Origin: Longimicrobiales bacterium
Lineage (GTDB): Bacteria; Gemmatimonadota; Gemmatimonadetes; Longimicrobiales; Gaopeijiaceae
Length of the DNA stretch: 64,000 nt
Direction: 5' to 3'
Assembly: GCA_965226375.1 (NCBI GenBank)
Contig: CBDDCX010000008.1
Span: forward strand, 480,001 to 544,000
Both the position numbers and the translations under genes were made by a program. Under the pieces are notes generated by a model. It did no database searches, was not told the origin of the DNA, and saw only the letters and a list, made by a program, of their open reading frames with translations. This document shows positions 21,556 to 30,509 of the stretch, in pieces. Position 1 is the first letter of the stretch. Each line of letters starts with the position of its first letter.

Positions 21556-22144
21556 CGGGAGAGGCGGAACGGTCCCCGCATGCGAGCACGCCGGGACGGG
21601 ACTTCCGCGCAGCCTATGCCACGCACCGGGCCTCCGAGGGGCGAGGCACCGACGAGGGGGAGCTGCTGGCGCTTCCGTTTCTCACCGAAGGACGACTTGC
21701 GGGGGAGTGGCGTGTGCGTTGCCGCACCTTCCAGCGATTTGTCGAGGTAGTGCTGGAGGCTCGAGTCCGTGAGAGGGCTCCGACTCCGATCACCGTTCTC
21801 GATGTCGGCGCGGGAAATGGTTGGCTGAGCTACCGGGTTACGCTGAAAGGGCAGAGGGCCACGGCCTTGGATATGCGCACACCGCGGGAGCTGCGATGGT
21901 CGAGGAGAAATCACGGGAAGCGCAGAGGCACTACGGGACTTGGCGGACGTTCTGACGAGCCCGCGCTTCATCGAGTACCTGACGAGGGACCGGCTGGAGC
22001 AAGCCTCGCGAGCGTTCGGGCTGGCCTGGCGAAGGGCATCGGGTCCGCTATCCGCTCTGGTACGAGCTTCGGCCCTTCAAGGCTCGTCTCCAGGGGCGCA
22101 GAAGCCCTTCACGATTCGATCTTTGGGAAACGACGGTGCCCTGA
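21552..22144 (+). pseudogene. Class I SAM methyltransferase with internal deletion and frameshifts
   Basis: VLDVGAGNGWL, then pieces in different frames (GAAMVEEK; LADVL..FIEYLT; HRVRYPLWYELRP..FDLWE) ending TGA at 22142-22144. Confidence 0.7.
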
Positions 22145-22191
22145 GGGCTCGACGGGCGCTCTCTGGAGCGGCTAATCATCTCACGAGTGCG

Positions 22192-22235
22192 ATTAGTTGC
22201 CTAAGGAAAGTAATTGGTTGCCTTAGGTAACTAAT
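22192..22235. promoter_or_regulatory. Two tandem imperfect palindromes resembling MarR-family operators
   Basis: attagttgcctaaggaaagtaat and attggttgccttaggtaactaat; the outer 15-bp arms are inverted with 1 mismatch; AT-rich island. Confidence 0.55.
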
Positions 22236-22247
22236 TCATCCCATGAG

Positions 22248-23066
22248 CTATCGGCGCTCCAACTCGATCACGTAGTGATCCCCGAACCAGACCACCGGCG
22301 GCCAGGTCTCGATTCGCCGCTCGAGGCTATCCAAGAACCGAACGAAACGCTGGTGGCGCGCCGCCCACTCGTGGGCGTAGGTCGGCGGTAGCAGCGTACC
22401 GAGCGCACTCGCCCTTCGGAAATGAAACGCGGGCGCGAACGTCCGACGGACGATCGCGATGGATGGATAACGCACGGTCAGGTCACGCCATGGGGCGCCC
22501 TGACCACCCAGGCGGCGAAACGCCTTGCGAGGCTCGCCACGCGCTAAAAACCACCCCCACTCCCACGGGACCAGCGGCCCCATCAGGCAGAGAACCGTCC
22601 AGGCGCCTGGCTTGAGCCGAGCCGCCAGCCCGCTGGCTGTTTGGCCGAGGTCCGCAACACAGTTCAGGCCTCCGAAGTTCGAGAGGGCTCCATCGAAGAG
22701 GGAAGCGTCGTCGCCGACCCGACCGTCCAAGAGATCGTCACCCGATGCGCCCTCGGTCACCACCACCTCGATGGTCAACCGGCGCACGTCGATGCGGTCA
22801 CTGAGGCCGGATACGTCCACCTTCCGTCACGCGGCCTCAACCATCCGTCCGGAAGCGTCGGTAGCGAGCACGCTCGCTCCTTGGCCGGCGAGGTACACCG
22901 CGTCTTCTCCCGTGCCGCAGCCCAGTGCCAGGACACGATCCCCGACCGTTACGAGGGCCTGGAGTCGATGCCACACCGCTTCCCGGAGAACGGCCCCGAG
23001 AAAAGTATGGGTGAAGCTCATGTCGTAATGGTCAGCCAACTCATCAAAGGCCGTGGCGGGCTTCAT
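22248..23066 (-). pseudogene. Class I SAM methyltransferase with an in-frame TGA
   Basis: LGCGTGEDA..DASGRMVEAA*RKV..FDGALSNFGGLNCV all in one frame; stop at 22827-22829. Confidence 0.83.
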
Positions 23067-24478
23067 CCCATGACCTCATCGGGGAAGGCCAGCATCGCGG
23101 CACGGTTCCGCGCGGCTTCCTCCATCAACTCTGCCGCCCTCACCGAGTCCTCGGGCAAGAGACGGTGGGCCTCCACTTCGGTTCGCAGCCAACAGTCGGC
23201 GTGGGCGTAATACTCGGGTGGACGGAAGCCCCGGATTTTATGGTCGCGGTCGGTGGACTCGGCCCACTCGCCCTCGAGCACCGTCTTGCCCTTCACCTCG
23301 TCGTGGTAGGGCGTGTTCTTGATCGGATAGGACACCGTGGTCAGAAAGACGTCCGGGCCGGACTCCTTTACGTGATCGACGGTGGCTTGGATGTCGTCGA
23401 TCGTCTCACCCTCGTACCCCCACATGAGGAACATCCCGACTTCGATTCCGTATCGCTGCGCCATCTTCGTGGCCCACTGCACCTCCTCCACCTTCACCCC
23501 GCGGTCCATGGCGTCGAGGATGCGCTGGCTCCCGCTCTCCGATCCGATCCACACCCGATAACACCCCATCTCCGCCAGAGTGCGGATCACGTCCTCGCCG
23601 GCACCCCCTCTGTGGGGCGAACCCATCAGGCGGTCGGCCCTGGAGATCATCTCGAAAGGAATCTTCAGTCTGCGCTTCTTGAGTTCCTCGGCATAGTTGA
23701 AGAGCCAACGGTGGTGGATCGTGAATACGTCGTCGGCATACCAGACCTGGTCCGGCTGGTACCGCTCCACGATGTGTTGAAGCTCATCCGCGCAGTCGAC
23801 GAAGCTCCTGCGCCGATGGCTGTAACCGAACACGGCGTGGGAGCACCACCGGCAGGTGTAGGGACATCCCCTGGCGGTGATCAGGTTGACGCTTCCCATG
23901 CCGTGGTGCGTTCGCCAGACGTCGACGTACCGGTCGATGTCCATCTGTTCACGGTCCGGCCAAGGGAGGGAGTCGAGGTCAGGAATCTGTTGCCTTCCGG
24001 AATTCGTCACGACTTTGCTGTCTTCATCTCGAAAGATCGTCCCGGGGATTCCATGGAGCCGGTGGGGTCCCACCTTGGCCAGGGCCGGCAGCAGTTCCTC
24101 CATCGTCTGCTCACCCTCTCCGACCACGACGACATCTGCGCCATGGCTCAGGTATTCCGCCGGGTAGTTGGCGGATTCGGGCCCGCCGACCACCACCGTC
24201 CATCCATGGGATTTCGCTCTTCCAACGATATCGATCACCGACTTGCGTGTGATCAAATTCGTGTAGATCCCAAGCACTCCGGTTGGCTCGGAAGCGAGTC
24301 GTGCGGCCAGTTCCGCGCGGGTGGCGAACGTCGTGTCGAAGATGTCCACGCTGAAGCCGGCCCGTCTCAGATATGCCGAAATGTAGAGCAAGCCGAGGGT
24401 GGGGTAGGGCTTCATCACCGCCTGCTCCTTCTCGTCTTCGTCGAGAAAGTAGGCGTGGGTGAGGAGCAGGTCGGCCAT
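23063..24478 (-). CDS. B12-binding radical SAM protein (paralogue of 20110-21555)
   Basis: MKPYPTLG, ARGCPYTCRWC and GSESGSQRIL. Confidence 0.92.
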   Translation of the reverse strand: MADLLLTHAYFLDEDEKEQAVMKPYPTLGLLYISAYLRRAGFSVDIFDTTFATRAELAARLASEPTGVLGIYTNLITRKSVIDIVGRAKSHGWTVVVGGPESANYPAEYLSHGADVVVVGEGEQTMEELLPALAKVGPHRLHGIPGTIFRDEDSKVVTNSGRQQIPDLDSLPWPDREQMDIDRYVDVWRTHHGMGSVNLITARGCPYTCRWCSHAVFGYSHRRRSFVDCADELQHIVERYQPDQVWYADDVFTIHHRWLFNYAEELKKRRLKIPFEMISRADRLMGSPHRGGAGEDVIRTLAEMGCYRVWIGSESGSQRILDAMDRGVKVEEVQWATKMAQRYGIEVGMFLMWGYEGETIDDIQATVDHVKESGPDVFLTTVSYPIKNTPYHDEVKGKTVLEGEWAESTDRDHKIRGFRPPEYYAHADCWLRTEVEAHRLLPEDSVRAAELMEEAARNRAAMLAFPDEVMG

Positions 24479-24573
24479 CAGGATATGCGCTCTAGCGGAA
24501 GAGGCAGTCTGCCGCACGGGGAACGCGCTGGCGGTCTGCGGCGGGCGACCCCCGGCTCCCTATGGGTGATGGA

Positions 24574-26334
24574 TTAGGGTGCAGGATCGACTCTCATGGA
24601 AATGGACATACCGGATCCCACATGCTCCGGAATCTGACAGTTCAGCATCCAGTCCCCGGGGTTGGACATCTCGATCAACAAGTCGATCGTCGCACCCACC
24701 GGTACGATGACCGTGTCACGCCACACGAGGTTGTTCATCCGTACGCCGTCCTGCTCCAGCACCAGGAAGCGTTGCCCGTGCAGGTGCATGGGATGGTTCA
24801 TCGGATGGACCGACTTGGGGTTGTTGAACAGCCTGAGCTTGATGATGTCGCCTTCTGTGAAGCGCCAACCCCTGGCAGGACCCAGTTCACGGTCGGGCGA
24901 CATGGTCGCCACGTCGGGGAGGATCCACCTCACCTCCTGACCCGTCGCCAGCCAGTTCATCATGGGCATCGTCTCGTTCCACTCCAGCGGCGGAACGTAG
25001 AAGGTATCGATGGCCATCATCTGCTGGATCGGTGTCAGCAAGCCCCGGGCGTTCAGCGTCAACTCGAGCTCGTGGTCCACTTCCCGGTCGAAATACGGGC
25101 GCATCGCGTCGATGTCCGCCTTGACCTCGGCGGGCTCCCTCAACTGAGCGAAGGCGGCAGAGTAGTCGGCATCCGTATCCTCATCGGAGACCGACACGGT
25201 ACCCAGGGTATCGACGGTGGCATAGAACTGCCCCAGGAAATGGTTGATGGCCTGGATCTGGCTGGTCATGGCCGCTTGACCCGGCTCATCGAACTTCACC
25301 TCGACCACGTAGCGCTGACCCGGAGCGATCACCACGCTCCCGACCATGACTTCCCGCTCGAACTTGCTGAGGTCGCCTGCGACCAGCTTAATCGGGGCGC
25401 CATCCCACGACAGGTTGAACATGCGCGTGTTGGAGGCGTTGGTGAGTTGGTACCGCACCACATCGCCCTTCTTCACCTCGAGCTCGTGGCTCGCCTTGCC
25501 ATCCACCAGCATGACGTTGCCGAAGCGACCCATGAGCACGTGCGTGGGGGCTTCGAAGCCCCACGGTATCGGTCCCATGTCGTCCATGAGAATGTCGTCC
25601 AACATCAGGACAACCTCATGGTTCACGGGGCTGTAGTAGTCCTCGTCGGGGGACTCGACGATGATGTTTCCGTACAGGCCCAGATCCTGGGCGACCTCTT
25701 CACGCTGATGCGGGTGGTACCAGAACGTTCCCGCGTCGGGGAATCGCACCTGGTACTCGAAGGTGTCGCCGGGCCTAACCGGACGCTGCGTCAGCCCTGG
25801 TACGCCATCGTACTGATTTTCCACGCGTATACCATGCCACCGGAGCGTGGTCGCGAACTCGATGTTGTTCGTGAAGTTGACCGTGATGGAGGAGTGTTGC
25901 TTGACCTTGATGACGGGTCCGGGATACTGACCGTTGAACGAGTACATGATCACGTCGTGGCCGTCGATGGTGCGACGCACCAAGCCTGCCTCGAGTTCGA
26001 GCACGTCGCCGTCCGCAAGTTCGATGACCTCTCGGTAGGTGGCTTCGGGCAACATGCTTCGCTGCATGTCGCTGAGGTCCTTGCCGGGCATGAAGGGGGT
26101 GGCGGTGGGGACGTTACCCTCCAGGTAGGGCATCATGGACATGTCCATGCCCTCCATGGGCGGCATGCGCCACACGTTGGGATCCATGGCACCCATGTCG
26201 TGCTGCATGCCGGGCATGTTCATGGGCATGGGATCCTGCGCCTGTGCCGGCGGCGATAGCACCGCTAGGCCCACGACCGCCCACGCCAATCCGAGAAACG
26301 CGATCCCGCGGGTCACTTTGAGTCGCCCGTCCAT
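24574..26334 (-). CDS. Multicopper-oxidase-fold protein, Met-rich, with atypical Cu ligands
   Basis: Signal peptide, NGQYPGP, RWHG, WYHPH, HPMHLHG and NCQIPEHVGSGM; start approximate. Confidence 0.88.
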   Translation of the reverse strand: MDGRLKVTRGIAFLGLAWAVVGLAVLSPPAQAQDPMPMNMPGMQHDMGAMDPNVWRMPPMEGMDMSMMPYLEGNVPTATPFMPGKDLSDMQRSMLPEATYREVIELADGDVLELEAGLVRRTIDGHDVIMYSFNGQYPGPVIKVKQHSSITVNFTNNIEFATTLRWHGIRVENQYDGVPGLTQRPVRPGDTFEYQVRFPDAGTFWYHPHQREEVAQDLGLYGNIIVESPDEDYYSPVNHEVVLMLDDILMDDMGPIPWGFEAPTHVLMGRFGNVMLVDGKASHELEVKKGDVVRYQLTNASNTRMFNLSWDGAPIKLVAGDLSKFEREVMVGSVVIAPGQRYVVEVKFDEPGQAAMTSQIQAINHFLGQFYATVDTLGTVSVSDEDTDADYSAAFAQLREPAEVKADIDAMRPYFDREVDHELELTLNARGLLTPIQQMMAIDTFYVPPLEWNETMPMMNWLATGQEVRWILPDVATMSPDRELGPARGWRFTEGDIIKLRLFNNPKSVHPMNHPMHLHGQRFLVLEQDGVRMNNLVWRDTVIVPVGATIDLLIEMSNPGDWMLNCQIPEHVGSGMSISMRVDPAP

Positions 26335-26605
26335 GCCATACTTCGACATCCACTGCTCCCTGATCACAAATTCGCATTCGACCGCGTGCGCCGCACTTTG
26401 AGCGTCGATCTTCAGGCAATCCCGAAATCTAGCGACACGCGGGGACGTTGCCGACCCGTGACTCATCCTAAGACCGATGACGCCGGGGCGCGACAGCGCG
26501 CAGGTCCCGAGATCGGGCGCGGTTCACCGGGATAGCGACCCCCCCCCTGGGAGGCGGTCGAGGGCGGCTGGTGTGGCAAGGCTACGAAGGCACCCTCGTG
26601 CGCGT

Positions 26606-27448
26606 CTAGGATCCCGTCGTGTTCTTCTCCTCCACGCCGAGGAGAAGATACATGAACGCGGCAGCTTCCGGCGTCATGGGCTTGTCTTGAAACGTGTCCA
26701 GCCATGAATGGATGGACGACGCATGTTTGCGGATCACGCGAAGAAGTGACGAGCGCTCGCCGGTGGTTAGGCGTTCTACCAGCATGCTTCGGCACACGTC
26801 GTCGCCGACGCCTAGACGGATAGCCCAAGGCATGACATCGTGGAGCCCATCCGGCACCTGGTTAGGGTTAAGGTTGTCTTGCAGCTCCTCCTGCGTCTCA
26901 AAGCAATCTCGTTGCTCCGACTCGGCTTGCCGGGCCCACTCCTCTGGATCATGCACACGGTGGGATCGCTCAATGGCGTCCTCGAGCGTTGACCGGAGAA
27001 AATTGCGGGCGCGAAGGAAGCCGTTCATGAGAAGCGCCCGCGCGTTGACAGGCATGCCGGCATCGGCCAGTTCTCGTCGCAGGGACTCGAGGTCGACACC
27101 GTTCCGCTTCGCGAGAGCCTCCACGGCCGCCATGGCCTCACGCTCGGGTCCCGATTCAGAAAGCAGGGTGAGGACGAAGATCTCGACCTCATTGTCCTCG
27201 GGATCGACTTCGTTGGCGTGTCTAAGGGCAGCCATCGCCTCCACAGGCAAGTCCGAGGCGTCGAGCGCGGACCCGAGTGCAACCCAGTGGCTCGCCTTGT
27301 TCGGCGCGAGCGTTGTGGCCAACCGGAAGGCGTCCACAGCACGGGGAAGGGCCGCTTCCATGAAATGGAAGAGGTACTGATGGAGCTCTGCGAGGCCACG
27401 ATCGAAATGGCCCTCAGCTCTGGCTGGATCAGTGGTTTGCGATACCAC
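26606..27448 (-). CDS. Hypothetical protein with TPR-like N-terminus
   Basis: AVDAFRLATTLAP..HWVALG..EAMAALRHANEVDP. Confidence 0.65.
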   Translation of the reverse strand: MVSQTTDPARAEGHFDRGLAELHQYLFHFMEAALPRAVDAFRLATTLAPNKASHWVALGSALDASDLPVEAMAALRHANEVDPEDNEVEIFVLTLLSESGPEREAMAAVEALAKRNGVDLESLRRELADAGMPVNARALLMNGFLRARNFLRSTLEDAIERSHRVHDPEEWARQAESEQRDCFETQEELQDNLNPNQVPDGLHDVMPWAIRLGVGDDVCRSMLVERLTTGERSSLLRVIRKHASSIHSWLDTFQDKPMTPEAAAFMYLLLGVEEKNTTGS

Positions 27449-27550
27449 CTTCGTCTCCGTGCGCTCTAACGATCGCTCGTGCTCCCAAAACCATGTCCGA
27501 TAACGACTCGGGTAGGCGCCAACAGCGGACGGACCTATCCGTAATCATCT

Positions 27551-28915
27551 CTATGCCTGCTCGAAGCTCCTCCTCACTTCCCAGTCGCTGATCCGACGGT
27601 CGCTCTCGGATTGCTCCCAATGGCCGGTGCGGACGTAATGGTCGATGACGTCGTCGCCGAGGACTCTCCGCATCACCTCAGACCCGTCCAGCGCGTCCAG
27701 AGCTTCCCGCAGTGTTTTGGGCACCTCACGAATTCCCTCTGCGGCGTAGGCGTCCCCTTCGAAGATGGGCTCGAGCTCCAATTCCTCTTCGATGCCGTGG
27801 AGGCCAGCCGCTAGGGTGGCTGCGAAGGCCAGGTAGGGGTTGGCGTCCGCACCCGGGATGCGGCATTCCACCCGGGTCGACGGCCCCGGCCCCAGGACAC
27901 GAAAGCCCACGGTGCGGTTGTCCATGCCCCAGACGGCGTTCGTCGGTGCGAAGGAGCCGGCCTGGAAGCGCTTATACGAATTGATGTAGGGAGCGAAGAA
28001 GTATGTCATCTCCCGGGCCAGTTCCAGCTGGCCGGCAAGGTAGTGCCGGAACGTCTTGGACATGCCGTTCTCGTCCGCCTCATCGAAAAAGAGGGACGCA
28101 CCCGACGCGGCGTCCCACAAAGAGGAATGGATGTGACAGCTGTTGCCGGCGACGTCGTTGCTCCACTTCGCCATGAAAGTGATAGCCTTGTCTTGGAGAT
28201 AGGCGATCTCCTTCGCGCCGTTCTTGTAGATCGTATGCCTATCAGCCATCTCGAGGGCGTCGGCGTAGTGTAGATTGATCTCCTGCTGCCCGGGTCCCCA
28301 CTCGCCTTTCGAGCACTCCACGGGGATGCCTGCCCCTTCGATCCCGTTCCGGATCGCACGGATGAACGGCTCATCCTTGCTGGTCTGGAGAATATGGTAG
28401 TCCTCGATGTACCGACCGGACGTCTTGAGATCGTCGTAGTCCTTCTCGGCCGCCGATTCGTAAGTCTCATGGAAAAGGTAGAATTCGAGTTCCGAGCCCA
28501 TCTTGACCGTGTAACCGGCCTCCGTGGCGAGCCCGATCTGGCGTTTCAGGATGGCTCGGGGCGAGTGCCGCAGTTCGTTGCCGTCATGATCCACGCAGTC
28601 GCCCAACACCAATGCGGTGCCGGGCAGCCAGGGGACGTGGCGTAGGGTGTCCAGGTCTGGACGCACGGTGAGATTTCCGTAGCCCAGACCCCACGACGCC
28701 GCCGCGTAACCCGGGACAGGGGTCATGTCCATATCAACCGTGAGTAGAAAGTTGCACACGTGCATGCCCTCGACGACGTGGTCCAAGAAGAAGTGGCCCG
28801 TGATTCTCTTTCCACTCAGCCGTCCCTGCATGTCGGGGAAGCACACGAGGATGGTATCGATCTCGTTCGACTCCACGAGGTCGCGCAGTCGCTCCAGATC
28901 GAGGTTTCCGCTCAT
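27551..28915 (-). CDS. Glutamine synthetase-family protein (gamma-glutamylamide / PuuA-like)
   Basis: DMQGRLSGK, ELEFY, EWGPGQQE, GNSCHIH, NSYKR, DNRT and ECRIPGADANPY. Confidence 0.9.
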   Translation of the reverse strand: MSGNLDLERLRDLVESNEIDTILVCFPDMQGRLSGKRITGHFFLDHVVEGMHVCNFLLTVDMDMTPVPGYAAASWGLGYGNLTVRPDLDTLRHVPWLPGTALVLGDCVDHDGNELRHSPRAILKRQIGLATEAGYTVKMGSELEFYLFHETYESAAEKDYDDLKTSGRYIEDYHILQTSKDEPFIRAIRNGIEGAGIPVECSKGEWGPGQQEINLHYADALEMADRHTIYKNGAKEIAYLQDKAITFMAKWSNDVAGNSCHIHSSLWDAASGASLFFDEADENGMSKTFRHYLAGQLELAREMTYFFAPYINSYKRFQAGSFAPTNAVWGMDNRTVGFRVLGPGPSTRVECRIPGADANPYLAFAATLAAGLHGIEEELELEPIFEGDAYAAEGIREVPKTLREALDALDGSEVMRRVLGDDVIDHYVRTGHWEQSESDRRISDWEVRRSFEQA

Positions 28916-29252
28916 GTGAATTGACTTTCGTTATCGGTCGAGGTCATTCGGTGTCTCCTCGCATTGCTTTGGGCAATCAATCTGCGGACGCGACAGGCAG
29001 CGCGCGAGCCACACGACTACCGGGGCCCCCTCCGACCTGGCCCGCCCAGCACGCGACGCCCCATACTGCCTCTAGATCACTAAGAGAATGACGCTGACGC
29101 GCGACGATCGGATGCGTGGATGTGCAGGAGATACCGCACGGCCTCGTCCCCGACTCGGGGTCGGAGGGTCCGTGGTCCGTGGTCCGTCGGGCAGGTCTTC
29201 GAGCTGGTATCGTACCGTAGCCAAACCAGCTTCCCGTTCACGCTCTCCACCA

Positions 29253-30401
29253 TCATCGGATCCGCCTGTGCTCTCGCAGAATCTCGATCGTGCGCTCGAT
29301 GGGCAGCCCCTGCACCGTATTTCCGTCCCGCCCCGTCATGGTGCGTCCTGCGACCAGCGCGTTCACGATCGCCTCTTCCGTCGCCTGGACGGTGGCTTCG
29401 TAGTAAGGATTCAGCCGGGTGAGCACGGCGTTGAGTTCGTAGGTCGGCCCTCCACCATCCCGCCGAAGGCCCGTGCCGATGGCGAGCATGATGTCGCCTG
29501 AAGAGGTCTCTCCCTGCCCCCCAATACGTCCCACACCGAGCGCTGCCCGTTTCGCCAACTGATGGAGGGAGTTGGGGAGGAGCGGCGCGTCGGTGGCTAT
29601 GATCACGATGATGGACCCCTCTCGGTTCTCCGGGTCGGAGTCGGAGTCGCTCGTCGGCGGATTGCACCGCCCTCCGGTGCATCCAAGCTCCCGGCCCACT
29701 GGAACGCCGGCGATCGTAAGCTTGCGACGACCGCCGTGGTTGGCTTGCACCAGAACGCCCACCGTATACCCGTCTTCCAGGACTCGCGACGAAGTTCCGG
29801 TGCCGCACTTGAACCCGTGGCAGATCATCCCCGTCCCGCCGCCCACGCTCCCTTCCAGAACGGAGCCTCCGCTGGCACCGTCCATCGCCTGGAATACGTG
29901 CTCCTCCTTCACATGCTGGCCGCTGATGTCGTTCAGAGAACCGTCCCACGTCTCTGCGATCACGGGCAGATTGGAGACCCGTTGTCCGCGTACCACACCC
30001 CATCGGATCAGCGCCGCGTGGGCCGTGCCGACTGACAGCGTGTTGGTGATCAAGACCGGACCGGGAAGGAGCCAGCCGTGATCTTGAATGTAGATCGCTC
30101 CCGTCATCTCCCCGTTGCCATTCAGGGTGTACCAAGAGGCGAACGATCCCTCCTCGGAGTCGCTCCCCCTCGGCCAGATGGCGGTCACTCCGGTGCGCAC
30201 CGGGCCCTCACCGACCACGAGCGGTCCGTCACCCTCGATGATGGTCACCAGGCCCACCTCGAGACCGGGCACGTCCGTGATGGCGTTGAAGATTCCGGGC
30301 GTGCCCTCGAAGGGGATACCGAGATCGCGGGCGCGCAACTGGGCGTCGATGGGGACGGTCCACGCAAGTCCCAACACAACAAGAAAGACGCGCATCTTCA
30401 T
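29253..30401 (-). CDS. Secreted DmpA-like (P1 family) aminopeptidase
   Basis: NAITDVPG, GVTAI, NGNGEMTG, EGSVGGGTGM and the G|SII self-cleavage site followed by ATDAP. Confidence 0.9.
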   Translation of the reverse strand: MKMRVFLVVLGLAWTVPIDAQLRARDLGIPFEGTPGIFNAITDVPGLEVGLVTIIEGDGPLVVGEGPVRTGVTAIWPRGSDSEEGSFASWYTLNGNGEMTGAIYIQDHGWLLPGPVLITNTLSVGTAHAALIRWGVVRGQRVSNLPVIAETWDGSLNDISGQHVKEEHVFQAMDGASGGSVLEGSVGGGTGMICHGFKCGTGTSSRVLEDGYTVGVLVQANHGGRRKLTIAGVPVGRELGCTGGRCNPPTSDSDSDPENREGSIIVIIATDAPLLPNSLHQLAKRAALGVGRIGGQGETSSGDIMLAIGTGLRRDGGGPTYELNAVLTRLNPYYEATVQATEEAIVNALVAGRTMTGRDGNTVQGLPIERTIEILREHRRIR

Positions 30402-30509
30402 CGTGACCCTCCTTGGGCGCTCTTGTCGATACTCTGGAAGCCAGGGGCTTACGGCTGTAGACGGCGAGCTTTCATGGTCCCGGTCTCAAGCAACACCGCG
30501 CTTCGCTGT

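Noticed and set aside
9991..22829. Two in-frame TGA codons as selenocysteine or stop-codon reassignment
   Set aside because: Neither is at a Cys-like catalytic position, both fit CGA>TGA, and TGA is the normal stop of glyQS, carB and nth
17425..24574. RiPP or lasso precursor peptide for the SPASM and B12 radical SAM enzymes
   Set aside because: No convincing short ORF, PqqD/RRE gene, lasso cyclase or peptidase seen; one could have been lost in the deletions
27461..27470. GTTAGAG core-like site upstream of the TPR-like gene, suggesting a second cassette
   Set aside because: No matching inverse core or attC palindrome found after its stop codon
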